A stretch of 64,000 nt of DNA from the NCBI GenBank assembly GCA_963825525.1, contig CAWGTN010000002.1, positions 416,001 to 480,000 on the forward strand. The letters are read 5' to 3'. This DNA comes from an uncultured Chloroflexia bacterium (GTDB taxonomy: Bacteria; Chloroflexota; Limnocylindria; QHBO01). The notes under the pieces were generated by a model. It was not told the origin of the DNA and searched no databases. It saw only the letters and a list, made by a program, of their open reading frames with translations. This document shows, piece after piece, positions 48,004 through 57,759 of this stretch (position 1 is the stretch's first letter; the number at the start of each line of letters is the position of its first letter). A program made the translations under genes and the position numbers.

Positions 48004-49788
48004 TCAGCTGTCCGTCACCACCCGAAGGCTGAGCTCATCGAGCTGCTCGGGAGCGATCGGCGACGGGGCGTCCATCATGAGATCGGCGCCCGACTGGGTC
48101 TTCGGGAAGGCCATGACCTCGCGGATGTTCTCCTGGTTGGCGAACAGCGCGGCCCAGCGGTCGATGCCCAGGGCGATCCCGCCGTGCGGCGGCGCCCCAT
48201 ACTCCAGGGCGTCGAGCAGCGCGCCGAACTGGTCGCGCATGCCCTCGATCGAGTGGCCCATCAGCGAGAAGGCCTCCTCGAGCAGTGGTCGCTGGTGTAT
48301 GCGGACCGATCCGCCGCCCAGCTCCCAGCCGTTCAGGGCAAGGTCGTACTGCTGAGCGCGAACGCTCCCCGGATCGGAGGTCATGCGCTCAACGTCCTCG
48401 GGAATCGGCGCACTGAACGGGTTGTGGGTCGCGTCCCACCGGGATCCATCAGCATCCCAGGTGAACATCGGGAAGCGGTGGACCCAGACATACGCCAGGA
48501 CCGATGGATCCCGCAGGCCGAGCCGATCCCCCATCGCCAGCCGCACATGCCCGAGCGCCTCGGCGGCGGCCATCCGATCCGCATCTGCCACGACCAGGAC
48601 GAGGTCGCCGGGCGAGGCCCCGACGGCGGCGAGCACCTCGGCCTCGTGGCCCGCCAGGAACTTCGCGGCCGGACCGTGGAATGTCCCGTCGGCCTGGACG
48701 CCCAGGTGGACGAGCCCCTTCGCTCCGTGGCGCTTGGCGAGGTCGATCAGCTCGTCCAGCTGCTTGCGTGAATAGTCGCCGCACCCGGGGGCGGTGATGC
48801 CGAAGACGGCGCCGCGGGCCGCGATCGGATCGGCGAAGACGCGGAAGTCGACAGCGCGCACGGCGTCCGACAGCTCGACCAGCTCCATGCCGAACCGGAT
48901 GTCGGGCTTGTCCGAGCCGTATCGGTCCATGGCCTCCGCGTAGGTGAGACGCGGGAAGGGGTCATGCAGGATCGGTCGGTCGGGGGTGACGGCGGCACTG
49001 ACCGCGATGGCGGTGCGCTCCACAAGGTCCATCACGTCGGCCTCGGCGACGAAGCTCATCTCCAGGTCGAGCTGGGTGAACTCGGGCTGGCGGTCACCGC
49101 GCAGGTCCTCATCACGGTAGCAGCGCGCCAGCTGGTAGTAGCGGTCGTAGCCGGCCACCATGAGCAGCTGCTTGAGCTGCTGCGGCGACTGCGGGAGCGC
49201 GTAGAACTGTCCCGGCTGAAGGCGGCTGGGGACGACGAAGTCGCGCGCCCCCTCCGGCGTCGAACGAATGAGGGTCGGCGTCTCGATGTCGACAAAGCCC
49301 TCCTGCTCCAGCGTGCGGCGGATCGCCCCCGAGAGCCGCGCGCGGACGAGGATGCGCTCCTGCATCGGCGGCCGGCGCAGGTCCAGGTAGCGGTGCTTGA
49401 GTCGCAGGGACTCGTCGAGCCCGGGCTGGTCCTCGTTGACGTAGAACGGCGGCACCTTCGACGGGTTGAGGATCGTGACCCGATCCACCGCCACCTCGAT
49501 TGCGCCGGTGGCCAGGTCGGCGTTGATGGTGCCCTCGGGCCGCGCGCGCACGACGCCTTCGACCTGGATCACCCACTCGTTTCGAGCCGGTTCGGCGGCC
49601 GCGTGCGCCTCGGCGGCGTCGTCCGCGTTCGTCACCACCTGGGTCATGCCATGACGGTCTCGCAGGTCGAAGAAGGCGAGGTGGCCGTGGTCGCGGCGAC
49701 GATGTACCCACCCGGCCAGGGTCACACGTTCGCCGACGTGCTCGGCGCGCAGCTCGCCACAGGTGTGAGTTCGGAAGGACGTGCTCAT
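48004..49788 (-). CDS. aspS: Aspartate--tRNA(Asp/Asn) ligase, probably non-discriminating
   Basis: RTHTCGEL, RRRDHG, PEGARD, LPQSPQ, DRQPEFTQLD.E, YGSDKPD, PPHGG.A.G.DR. Confidence 0.97.
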   Translation of the reverse strand: MSTSFRTHTCGELRAEHVGERVTLAGWVHRRRDHGHLAFFDLRDRHGMTQVVTNADDAAEAHAAAEPARNEWVIQVEGVVRARPEGTINADLATGAIEVAVDRVTILNPSKVPPFYVNEDQPGLDESLRLKHRYLDLRRPPMQERILVRARLSGAIRRTLEQEGFVDIETPTLIRSTPEGARDFVVPSRLQPGQFYALPQSPQQLKQLLMVAGYDRYYQLARCYRDEDLRGDRQPEFTQLDLEMSFVAEADVMDLVERTAIAVSAAVTPDRPILHDPFPRLTYAEAMDRYGSDKPDIRFGMELVELSDAVRAVDFRVFADPIAARGAVFGITAPGCGDYSRKQLDELIDLAKRHGAKGLVHLGVQADGTFHGPAAKFLAGHEAEVLAAVGASPGDLVLVVADADRMAAAEALGHVRLAMGDRLGLRDPSVLAYVWVHRFPMFTWDADGSRWDATHNPFSAPIPEDVERMTSDPGSVRAQQYDLALNGWELGGGSVRIHQRPLLEEAFSLMGHSIEGMRDQFGALLDALEYGAPPHGGIALGIDRWAALFANQENIREVMAFPKTQSGADLMMDAPSPIAPEQLDELSLRVVTDS

Positions 49789-49835
49789 GGGAGCGGCCAT
49801 GGTAGCGGATGGCCGGGCGATATCATGCCTCGCCG

Positions 49836-50651
49836 ATGTTCCGTTCCCGACGTTCCCCGGCGTCCGAGCCGCACCCGCGCATGCGCGCGCTGCGGGATGC
49901 CCTTCAGCGCGCCGAGTCGGTCGGGCCGCTGCGCCCGGCGGTCATCGGGCTGGCGGCGGGGCTCATGGCCGCCTACGTCGCCGATGGGCTGCTGGCTCCG
50001 CTGCTCGTGACGCCGACACGTCAGCTGGCCGACGCGGCGGTGTTCAGTGCCGTCATGGCGCCTCTCTGGCTCCTGCTTCAACCCGCGGGTGTCCGGCGAG
50101 CGCATGACGTCATGACCTGGCTGAACGGCTGGGAGGCCGAGCGCTGGCAGGACGAGATCGGCCGCCGATTGACCGCGGTTCCGCGCGCGACGCCCGCGAT
50201 GATCGAGACGCTTCCCGACACGCTCGGGCTTCGGCCGCTGCGGGTCGAGCTGCTGGCCGTGACCGGCCGGCTCGACGAGGCACGCGAACGCCTGGATCTC
50301 CTCCCGCTCGACACGGATTGGCAGCGGTTCGAGCATGCGGCACTGGCCGAGTGGATCGCGTGGTGGGCGGATGAGCCGGGAGATCGCGACGCGATGCGCC
50401 GCCTGGTGGAGCCGATCCAGGACGAGGAGCGCCGCCTCGCCGCCCGGGCCATGGTCGCCGCGGCGGATGCGCGTCGGGCGGCCACCTCCGGCGGCGACGT
50501 GGTGACGCCGCTCGCCCAGCTGCGTGACGCGCTCGGCGATCGGCCGCGCCGCTACGCCTTCGGCTACACCGCCGGCGTGCTGCTGATGGTTGCGCTCATG
50601 GGCCTGGTGGCCGGCACCACGATCACGGTGGCCAGCGGCGTCATGCGCTGA
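49836..50651 (+). CDS. Hypothetical membrane protein (2 N-terminal TM, helical core, C-terminal TM)
   Basis: Fills the hisS-aspS gap on the opposite strand; clear hydrophobic segments. Confidence 0.72.
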   Translation: MFRSRRSPASEPHPRMRALRDALQRAESVGPLRPAVIGLAAGLMAAYVADGLLAPLLVTPTRQLADAAVFSAVMAPLWLLLQPAGVRRAHDVMTWLNGWEAERWQDEIGRRLTAVPRATPAMIETLPDTLGLRPLRVELLAVTGRLDEARERLDLLPLDTDWQRFEHAALAEWIAWWADEPGDRDAMRRLVEPIQDEERRLAARAMVAAADARRAATSGGDVVTPLAQLRDALGDRPRRYAFGYTAGVLLMVALMGLVAGTTITVASGVMR

Positions 50652-51897
50652 CGAGCGCCATGATCCCGTCGACGGTGATGCCGTCCTGCTGCTCACCCTT
50701 CTCGAGGTGGCGGGCCGCCAGCGACCCATCCTCGGCAACGATGAGCGCCCAGGTCGCGCCGGCCTTGGCTGCGGACTCGAGCTGCTTCCCGAGCTTGCGG
50801 GTCGATCCGTCCGGGCGCACCGCGATACCCCGGCCGCGCAGCTCGGTGGCGACGCGCAGGCGGGCGATCGGGTCAGCCGTTCCGACGACCCCGACCAGCA
50901 CGCCCCGATCCTCATCCGGCGCCCCGGCTTCCTGGAGCGCCAGCACCGTCCGGTCAAGGCCGATGCCGAAGCCGATCCCGGGAGTCGAACGACCCCCGAG
51001 CAATTCGATCAGCCCGTCGTAGCGGCCGCCACCGCCCAGCGCCTGCTGCTGGCCCTCGCGACCGGCCACGTAGAACTCGAACGCGGTGCGCGAGTAGTAG
51101 TCGAGTCCGCGCACCAGCCGATGGTCGATCTCGTAGCGCACCCCGAGCGCGTCCAGGCTCGACGTGAGCGTGTCGAAGTGCTCGCGGCACGCGCCGCACA
51201 GGTGGTCGATGCTGCGCGGCGCCCCCTCGGCCAGGTCGGCCGGAAGCTCCTTGTCATCCAGCACGCGGAGCGGGTTGACTCCCAGGCGTCGGCGCGAATC
51301 GGCGCTCAGCCGATCCGCGTGGGCCTCGAAATAGCCGACGAGCGCGTCGCGGTAGGCAGGCCGACACGCCGCGTCGCCGATCGAGTTGACGCGAGCCACG
51401 ACGTCGCGGATGCCGACCTCGGCGTAGAAGCGGTGCCCGAGCTCGATGAGCTCGGCGTCGACGGACGGCCCCGCATCGCCGATGACCTCGACGTCCCACT
51501 GCACGAACTGGCGGTAGCGGCCGGCCTGCGGTCGGTCGTAGCGAAACATCGGGCCGATCATGGTCAGCCGCAGCGGGCCGGGTCGCACGTGCATGCCGTG
51601 CTCGATGAATGCCCGCGCAACGCCGGCGGTCGGCTCCGGACGAAGTGCCCACGGGGCCGATTCCTCCTCGCTGCCCTTCGCGCCGGCGACTCGGAACATC
51701 TCCTTCTCGACGGCATCGCTGCTCTCACCGAGTCCCCGCGCGAACAGCTCCACCCGTTCGAACAGCGGGATCTCGATGCGCTCGAATGCGTAGCGCCGCG
51801 AGAGGTCACGGGCGATCGCCTCGATGCGGCTCCACGCGGGCGTCTCTTCGGGGAGCAGGTCGCGCGTCCCGCGCGGCGCGCCGATCTTGGTGGCCAT
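50641..51897 (-). CDS. hisS: Histidine--tRNA ligase
   Basis: PRGTRD, LRPE.TA, FRYDRPQAGRYRQF, LVRGLDYY, GGGRYD.L, GFGIGLDR. Confidence 0.97.
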   Translation of the reverse strand: MATKIGAPRGTRDLLPEETPAWSRIEAIARDLSRRYAFERIEIPLFERVELFARGLGESSDAVEKEMFRVAGAKGSEEESAPWALRPEPTAGVARAFIEHGMHVRPGPLRLTMIGPMFRYDRPQAGRYRQFVQWDVEVIGDAGPSVDAELIELGHRFYAEVGIRDVVARVNSIGDAACRPAYRDALVGYFEAHADRLSADSRRRLGVNPLRVLDDKELPADLAEGAPRSIDHLCGACREHFDTLTSSLDALGVRYEIDHRLVRGLDYYSRTAFEFYVAGREGQQQALGGGGRYDGLIELLGGRSTPGIGFGIGLDRTVLALQEAGAPDEDRGVLVGVVGTADPIARLRVATELRGRGIAVRPDGSTRKLGKQLESAAKAGATWALIVAEDGSLAARHLEKGEQQDGITVDGIMALVSA

Positions 51898-51944
51898 GGG
51901 CGGAGTCTATCGGCCCCGGTCGCTCCCGTGGCGGTCCTCGACCG

Positions 51945-54158
51945 CTACCGCGCTTCCCGGGCCACGCTGGTCACGTCGCGCAGCCGCTCGATCTTGGCGA
52001 GCACCCTGGCGAGCTGCTGGAGAGACTCGACCTTGAAGGTGGCGGTGATGACGGCCGTGCCGTCCGGGTCGGTTGCGACCGACGCCGCCACGATGTTGAC
52101 CTTGTACTCGGCGACGACATTCGTCACGTCGCTGAGCAGGCCCGGCCGGTCGACCGCGGTGATCCGAACCGTGATCGGGTAGGTCTGCTGCCCGGCCAGC
52201 TCCCACTCGACGTCGATGAGGCGCTCGATGTCCCGCTCGGAGAGCACGGACGGACATGACGCCCGATGCACCGTGACGCCCTTGCCCCGGGTGACGTAGC
52301 CGGTGATCTCATCCCCCGGAATCGGCGAGCAGCACTTGGCGAACCGCACCAGCAGGTCGCCCACGCCCTTGACCTTCACGCCAGTGGTGGACGGCGCGGC
52401 CGGCGGTGCCAGTTCGGGCAGCGTGATGGCAGCGTCGTCGTGGATCTCGAGCTTGCTCACCACGCTGGCCGAGCTCACCGCTCCGTAGCCGATGGCGGCG
52501 TAGAAGTCGTCGAGCTCCTTGTAGCGGTACCCGGTGGCGAGCTCCACGAGCTTCGTTGCGTCGATCGAGGCAAGCGTCTCGTGGGCAAGCCGACGCAGCT
52601 CACGGTCGAGCAGGTCCTTGCCCTGCGCGATGTTCTCGTCACGTTGCTGGTGCTTGAACCAGGCGCGGATCTTCTCGCGCGCGTGCGAGGTGCGGACGAT
52701 GTTCAGCCAGTCGCGGCTCGGTCCGTGCGCCGCCTTGGTCGTCACGATCTCGACGATGTCGCCGTTGCGGAGCCGGTAGTCGAGCGGCACGAGCCGGTTG
52801 TTGACCTTGGCGCCGATGGTGCGGTGACCAACATCGGTGTGGATGCGATACGCGAAGTCCAGGGGTGTCGCGTCGCGCGGCAGGTCCTTGACGTCTCCCT
52901 TGGGGGTGAATACGAACACCTGGTCCTGGAAAACGTCGAGCTTCAGGCCCTCGACGAACTCGGTGGCGTCACTGACCTCGCGCTGCCAGTCGATGAGCTG
53001 TCGAACCCACGCCAGCTTCTCGTCGTAGCGCCGATCGCCGCGGCTCCCTTCTTTGTAGCGCCAGTGCGCCGCGATCCCGGCCTCGGACACCTCGTGCATC
53101 TGGTAGGTCCGGATCTGCACCTCGAGGGGCTTCGCCTCCGGACCGATGACCGCCGTGTGCAGCGACTGGTACATGTTCGCCTTCGGCATGGCGATGTAGT
53201 CGTCGAACTGGCCCGGTACCGGGCGCCACAGCGAGTGGACCACGCCAAGGGCCGCGTAGCAGTCCTTCACCTCGGCCACCAGCACGCGGATGGCGTGCAG
53301 GTCGTAGATCTCGGTGAACTCGGCGCCCTTGCGCTCCATCTTCTTGGCGATCGAGTACAGGTGCTTGGGGCGGCCGTTGATCTCGGCCGTGATCCCCACC
53401 GCACCGAGCTCCTTGCGCAGGATGCCGATGCTCTTGTTGACGAAGCTCTCGCGCGCACGACGCCGATCGGTGAGCATCTCGACGAGCTGACGGTACTTGT
53501 CGGGCTCCAGGTACTTGAACGAGAGGTCCTCGAGCTCCCACTTGATCTGCCACATGCCGAGCCGATGGGCCAGCGGCGCGTAGATCTCCATGGTCTGGCG
53601 AGCGATCCGCTGCTGCTTGTCCGCGGGCAGGAACTCCAGCGTCCGCATGTTGTGGAGGCGGTCGGCGAGCTTGATGATCACGACGCGCACGTCCTCGGCC
53701 ATGGCCATGAACATCTTCCGGATGTTCTCGGCCTGCTGCTCCTCCATGGTCCGCGCACTGCCGAACTTGCTGAGCTTGGTCACCCCGTCGACCAGCCGGG
53801 CGACCTCGCGTCCGAAGCGCTTCTCGAGCTCGGCGAGCGTGTAGTCCGTGTCCTCCGGCACGTCGTGAAGGAGTGCGGCCGCGAGCGTCTCGGCATCCAT
53901 CTGGAGGGTTGCGAGGTAGTAGGTGACCTCCACCGGGTGGGTGACGTACGGCTCACCCGAGCTGCGCACCTGGGCCTCGTGGGCAGTCGCGGCCGTCTCG
54001 TAGGCGCGGCGGATCAGGCTCTCGTCGACGGAGGTGCGGTGCAGCTGAGCCTCGGCCACGATGTCGTCGATCGTGTGGTGGCGCTCGCCCACGGCGTCGC
54101 CGCCGCGCGTGATCCGTTGCACGACGGCGGCCGGAGAGAAGCGTGCCAGCTGCGCCAT
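51945..54158 (-). CDS. rel: Bifunctional (p)ppGpp synthetase/hydrolase (long RSH)
   Basis: R.SGEPY..HP, LLHDV.ED, KLADRLHN, GRPKH, YQSLHT, EVQIRT; TGS, CC and ACT domains. Confidence 0.97.
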   Translation of the reverse strand: MAQLARFSPAAVVQRITRGGDAVGERHHTIDDIVAEAQLHRTSVDESLIRRAYETAATAHEAQVRSSGEPYVTHPVEVTYYLATLQMDAETLAAALLHDVPEDTDYTLAELEKRFGREVARLVDGVTKLSKFGSARTMEEQQAENIRKMFMAMAEDVRVVIIKLADRLHNMRTLEFLPADKQQRIARQTMEIYAPLAHRLGMWQIKWELEDLSFKYLEPDKYRQLVEMLTDRRRARESFVNKSIGILRKELGAVGITAEINGRPKHLYSIAKKMERKGAEFTEIYDLHAIRVLVAEVKDCYAALGVVHSLWRPVPGQFDDYIAMPKANMYQSLHTAVIGPEAKPLEVQIRTYQMHEVSEAGIAAHWRYKEGSRGDRRYDEKLAWVRQLIDWQREVSDATEFVEGLKLDVFQDQVFVFTPKGDVKDLPRDATPLDFAYRIHTDVGHRTIGAKVNNRLVPLDYRLRNGDIVEIVTTKAAHGPSRDWLNIVRTSHAREKIRAWFKHQQRDENIAQGKDLLDRELRRLAHETLASIDATKLVELATGYRYKELDDFYAAIGYGAVSSASVVSKLEIHDDAAITLPELAPPAAPSTTGVKVKGVGDLLVRFAKCCSPIPGDEITGYVTRGKGVTVHRASCPSVLSERDIERLIDVEWELAGQQTYPITVRITAVDRPGLLSDVTNVVAEYKVNIVAASVATDPDGTAVITATFKVESLQQLARVLAKIERLRDVTSVAREAR

Positions 54159-54212
54159 AGGACTTCCGATGCTAGCACGGGGCGTCGGTCACCCCACCGG
54201 CCCGGCCCGCGT

Positions 54213-54707
54213 TCAGCGGGTGACGGCAAGACCCTCGATGACGCGGACCGCCGGGAGTCTCGTGAGCACGTCCGGGGTCACCTTGAGCTTCGAGGACCGG
54301 TTGCCTCCACCGAGGATGATCCAGTTCGGCCCCGTGACCCGCGCGTCGACCAGGACCGGCATCGTCGGCGGAAGCCCGAACGGCGTGACGCCACCGATCT
54401 CCATCCCGGTGAGAGCGCGCACCGGGTCGGCGGCGGCGAACGACGCCTTGCGGACCGCCATCTCGCGTCGGACGACCTTGTTGACGTCGAGCGAGGTCGA
54501 GGCCAGCAGGACACACGCGACGTAGATCGGCTCTGCACCCTTCGACACCACGAGGATCGTGTTCGCACTCTGATCGAGAGGGATGCCGTAGGCCTCGACG
54601 AACGCTGCGGTATCGGCCAGGGCCGGGTCGCAGGCCATCACCTCGTACTCCACGTCGAGCGCCTCGAGCGCCGCGCGTACGCGTGGATCGAGCAGGTCCG
54701 CGTTCAC
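54213..54707 (-). CDS. YbaK/EbsC (ProXp-type) aminoacyl-tRNA deacylase-like protein
   Basis: TGMEIGGVTPFG, LGGG.R..K. Confidence 0.85.
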   Translation of the reverse strand: MNADLLDPRVRAALEALDVEYEVMACDPALADTAAFVEAYGIPLDQSANTILVVSKGAEPIYVACVLLASTSLDVNKVVRREMAVRKASFAAADPVRALTGMEIGGVTPFGLPPTMPVLVDARVTGPNWIILGGGNRSSKLKVTPDVLTRLPAVRVIEGLAVTR

Positions 54708-55186
54708 GGACAATCTTCCGTGCTCGTGCCGCCTGAACCGGTGTTGACGCTCTCACCCGGCCCCGCGACGGAGACCTGGGTTCCAACCCAGAAAACGGCG
54801 GCCGTGGCCAGCAGCTCCTCGCCAGCGTCGAACACGTAGACCTCGCTGTCGTACGCGGACCCGTTCGCGTCGAGCCCGCAGAGGACGAAGAGCACGCCAC
54901 CCGAGCTCCACGCGTCGCCCGAACGCCGCGGCTCGTGGATCGAGTCGGCGCGGATCAACGGTGGCTCCAGCGGCGCCGCATCCTCGTTGTGCTGCAGCTC
55001 GGTCTCACAGGTGCCGCTCGCGTGCGCGCACAGCCGATCGAAGTCCCGGGCAATTCCCGCGTCGACGATCTCGTCGAGGAGGAGCCTCGCATCGGCCACG
55101 GACGGCGGTCCAGGGGGAGCGTCTGGTGCAAGTGCGCCACATCCGGCCAGCACCGCGGCAAGGCAGAGGCCCACGCTGATTCGCAT
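54704..55186 (-). CDS. Putative Cys-rich lipoprotein
   Basis: MRISVGLCLAAVLAGC lipobox; four further Cys in the mature part. Confidence 0.7.
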   Translation of the reverse strand: MRISVGLCLAAVLAGCGALAPDAPPGPPSVADARLLLDEIVDAGIARDFDRLCAHASGTCETELQHNEDAAPLEPPLIRADSIHEPRRSGDAWSSGGVLFVLCGLDANGSAYDSEVYVFDAGEELLATAAVFWVGTQVSVAGPGESVNTGSGGTSTEDCP

Positions 55187-55190
55187 CGTC

Positions 55191-56272
55191 CTAGGCCACG
55201 TCGGTCGGCGGATGGCGATCGCCACCCGCGACGAGGAGGCGTGCACGCTGGACCAGGCCGTAGGCCGGGATCGCCACACGGAGGGCCGCGTCGATCGGCG
55301 CGCGGAGAGGGAGGTCGCGCGCGCCCACGTATTCGATCTCTTCGCCGCCGAAGCCCTCCTTGAACTGACGGATCCCGCCGGTCGCCAGGCCCCACATGTC
55401 GTAGACGGCGAATCCCTCATCGGCGAAGTCGCTGATGGCGGCCCACTTCAGGAGATAGTTGGCGCGCGCGTCGGCACCGGCGTCGGTCATGCCGCCGTAG
55501 GACTCCACCGCGCGATCGCCGCAGGTGAAGTGGAACAGGACGGCAACGCGCTCGCCGTCGTTGAGCGCAAAGCTCAGGCGCACGCGGCCGGACGGGGCGA
55601 AGATCGACCACACCCGCTCGTAGTAGAACGCCTGGCGGGCGACGAACCCGGCGCGCCCCGCGGTGTACTGGTAGATCCGATTGAAGTCGGCCAGCGCTGG
55701 CCCGATGACGTCGGCCGGCGTGGACCCATCGAAACGCTCGATCGTGATCCCGGACCGCTCGGCCTTGTTCACGTACTGGCGGTGCTTGCGCTTGAGGTTC
55801 GCCTTCAGCGCCTCGGAACCCGGTGCCAGGTCGATGACCCGGGTGGTGGGCGGCTGGATTTTCGGCGCGGCGCGCCATGGCGCATCGAGAGGGCACTCCC
55901 GTAGTCGGAGTCGGGCTGCGCCTCGGGATCAGCGCGGACCGTCGCGATTCGTTCCGCTGCCCCCAGCGATCGAAGCGCGCCCAGCAGCGCGGAACGCACC
56001 GCCGAATCGTCGAGCTGGCCGATCGGCCCTCTGGGTGCATACGCCAGATGCCAGCCGATGAGCGGCACGGGCCGCAGGAGCAGCTGGGCGCCCGCCAGAG
56101 GCTCTTCGCGCGATCGGCCGACCAGGAGGCGAATCGGGCGCCAGCCGCCCATGGCACGCACCTCGCCCCACTCCCACAGCTGGGGGAACGCGTGGTACGG
56201 CGCCGATTCGACGAAGCGGTTCCAGGCCGACGGGTCCGTCTCGCGCCATGCGCGAAGCTCCATGTCGGTCAT
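55191..56272 (-). CDS. FemABX-family peptidoglycan bridge aminoacyltransferase; -1 frameshift near 55888
   Basis: Q.WEWGEV, YAPRGP in the first frame; IQP..TRVIDL, YLLKW..I, YDMWG, FKEGFGG in the second. Confidence 0.88.
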
Positions 56273-57759
56273 CGTCTCCATCCTGCGGCATGCAGGGCAT
56301 CGCGCGCCACGCCGACCTCGTCCCACGGGCGGGACTCCGTGCCGTAGATGATGCTGCGCTCGTGACCCTTGCCGGCAAGCAGCACGAGATCGCCGGCGCG
56401 GGCCATGCCGATGACACGGCCGATGGCCTCGGCGCGGTCGGCAACGACGAGCAGCGACTCGCCATCGATGGCGCCGGCCGCGCGGGCACCGTCGGCGATC
56501 TGCTGGTTGATGACCCATGGGTCCTCGAGACGTGGATCCTCGTCGGTCACCACGATCACGTCCGCGATCTCGGCCGCGACGCGGCCCATCGGCGCCCGCT
56601 TGGTGGCGTCCCGCTCACCCGCCGATCCGAAGACGGCGATGAGCCGGCCCTTGGTGATCGGCCGCAGGATGCCGAGCACCTTGCGCAGGGAGTCCTCGGT
56701 GTGGGCGTAGTCGACGATCACCGCGAACGGCTGGCCGGCATCGACCCCCTGCATGCGACCCGGCACGCCCGACGTCGACCCGAGGGCATGCGCCGCCTGG
56801 CCCAGGTCCAGCCCGAGGGCCTCCGCGACCGCCAAGGTGGCCAGTCCGTTCGACACGTTGAACCGACCGGGGAGCGGGACCCGGACCTTCCCCGACCACG
56901 ACGGCGCTCGGAGGCGGAACGTCGTGCCGCCCGCGTCGGCACGCAGGTCGGTCGCACGCAGATCGGCCTCGGCATCGATGCCGTAGGTGATCACGCGATC
57001 ACGAGCCGCCCGTCGGAACTGCTCGAACGAACCGTCATCCGCATTCAGGATGGCGATCGGCGCCTCCCGGACCAGCAGAGCCTTGGCCTCCCGATACGCC
57101 TCCACCGTTCCGTGGAACTCCAGGTGCTCGCTGGTGACCGTGGTCACGACGCCGATGTCGAACCGGCAATTGCGGGTGCGCTCGAGTGCCAGTCCGTGCG
57201 ACGTGGCCTCCATGACCACCGAGTCGTTGCCGGCGGCGACCATCTGCGCCATGAGCTCCTGGAGCTCGAGCGCCTCCGGCGTGGTCGTACGCCGCCCATT
57301 CACCTCGACGCCTGATCCCACGCCGGTGAACACCGTGCCGATCTGCCCGGGCCGCCGGCCGGCGGCCGACAGAACCTCGGCGGCAAGAGCCGTGACCGTC
57401 GACTTGCCGTCGGTCCCGGTCACCCCGATGACCGTCAGCTGCTCGGACGGTCGGCCGAACCACGCGTCGGCCGCATCGGCTAGGGCGCGGCGACTGCGAT
57501 CGACCACGAGTTGAGGAACAGAGAGATCGGCAAGCTCGCGCTCGACCACGACCCCGATGGCTCCGGCGGCGACCGCATCGGCGACGAAGTCGTGTCCGTC
57601 AACGTGGACGCCAGGGACAGCGAAGAAGAGCGTCCCCGGCTCGACTCGCCGCGAGTCGTAGGCAAGCGCCCTGACTTCGCCGACCGGGATGCCGACGACT
57701 CGCTCGGGCCCGATCGCATCGGTCAGCGCGCCGAGCCCCATCCGTATCGGCTCGCTCAC
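56269..57759 (-). CDS. murE: UDP-N-acetylmuramyl-tripeptide synthetase
   Basis: DSR, DGHDF, GVTGTDGKST, TTP, MEATSH, EHLEFHGT, VPGRM, VDYAHT, DEDPR, LAGKGHE. Confidence 0.95.
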   Translation of the reverse strand: MSEPIRMGLGALTDAIGPERVVGIPVGEVRALAYDSRRVEPGTLFFAVPGVHVDGHDFVADAVAAGAIGVVVERELADLSVPQLVVDRSRRALADAADAWFGRPSEQLTVIGVTGTDGKSTVTALAAEVLSAAGRRPGQIGTVFTGVGSGVEVNGRRTTTPEALELQELMAQMVAAGNDSVVMEATSHGLALERTRNCRFDIGVVTTVTSEHLEFHGTVEAYREAKALLVREAPIAILNADDGSFEQFRRAARDRVITYGIDAEADLRATDLRADAGGTTFRLRAPSWSGKVRVPLPGRFNVSNGLATLAVAEALGLDLGQAAHALGSTSGVPGRMQGVDAGQPFAVIVDYAHTEDSLRKVLGILRPITKGRLIAVFGSAGERDATKRAPMGRVAAEIADVIVVTDEDPRLEDPWVINQQIADGARAAGAIDGESLLVVADRAEAIGRVIGMARAGDLVLLAGKGHERSIIYGTESRPWDEVGVARDALHAAGWRR

